From contig NC_059429.1 in NCBI RefSeq assembly GCF_021028975.2, positions 38,998,001-39,062,000 on the forward strand: DNA of 64,000 nt, given 5' to 3'. This document shows positions 63,963 through 64,000 of this stretch, piece after piece. The position numbers were made by a program, and so were the translations under genes. The first letter of the stretch is position 1, and each line of letters begins with the position of its first letter. The notes beneath the pieces were generated by a model that saw only the letters and a program-made list of their open reading frames with translations, searched no databases and was not told where the DNA came from. Source of the DNA: Sphaerodactylus townsendi (Eukaryota).

Positions 63963-64000
63963 TGTAAAACTATGGTAGGCAACATTTGGGGGCTGCTGAT

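Overview
Eukaryotic, repeat-rich genomic DNA from a squamate reptile (lizard, possibly a gecko; inferred from CR1 with a (GTTCTTAT)n tail, Sauria/5S-type SINEs, SPIN MITEs and Penelope elements). It has four assembly gaps and no prokaryotic features. Almost all ORFs in the supplied track are spurious. One spliced protein-coding gene, largely invisible to the ORF track, can be rebuilt by hand on the minus strand (ATG at 21240, running towards position ~742). Four ordinary exons (196, 137, 89 and 148 coding nt) encode a signal peptide plus a Reeler domain (FRRS1 / defense-protein type). They are followed by at least 11 in-frame, phase-0 micro-exons (18-48 nt) encoding a Gly/Ser/Tyr/Cys/Gln/Lys-rich tail, and by a candidate last exon with a hydrophobic, GPI- or TM-like C-terminus (~359 aa in total). 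The rest of the window (21.3-64 kb) is 5' intron or intergenic DNA full of transposons: two inverted CR1 copies, many hAT MITEs with 8-bp TSDs (including SPIN), Harbinger-like MITEs, three non-autonomous Helitrons, L2 fragments, a decayed Penelope RT/GIY-YIG ORF, and Penelope terminal repeats, one with an apparently intact hammerhead ribozyme core.
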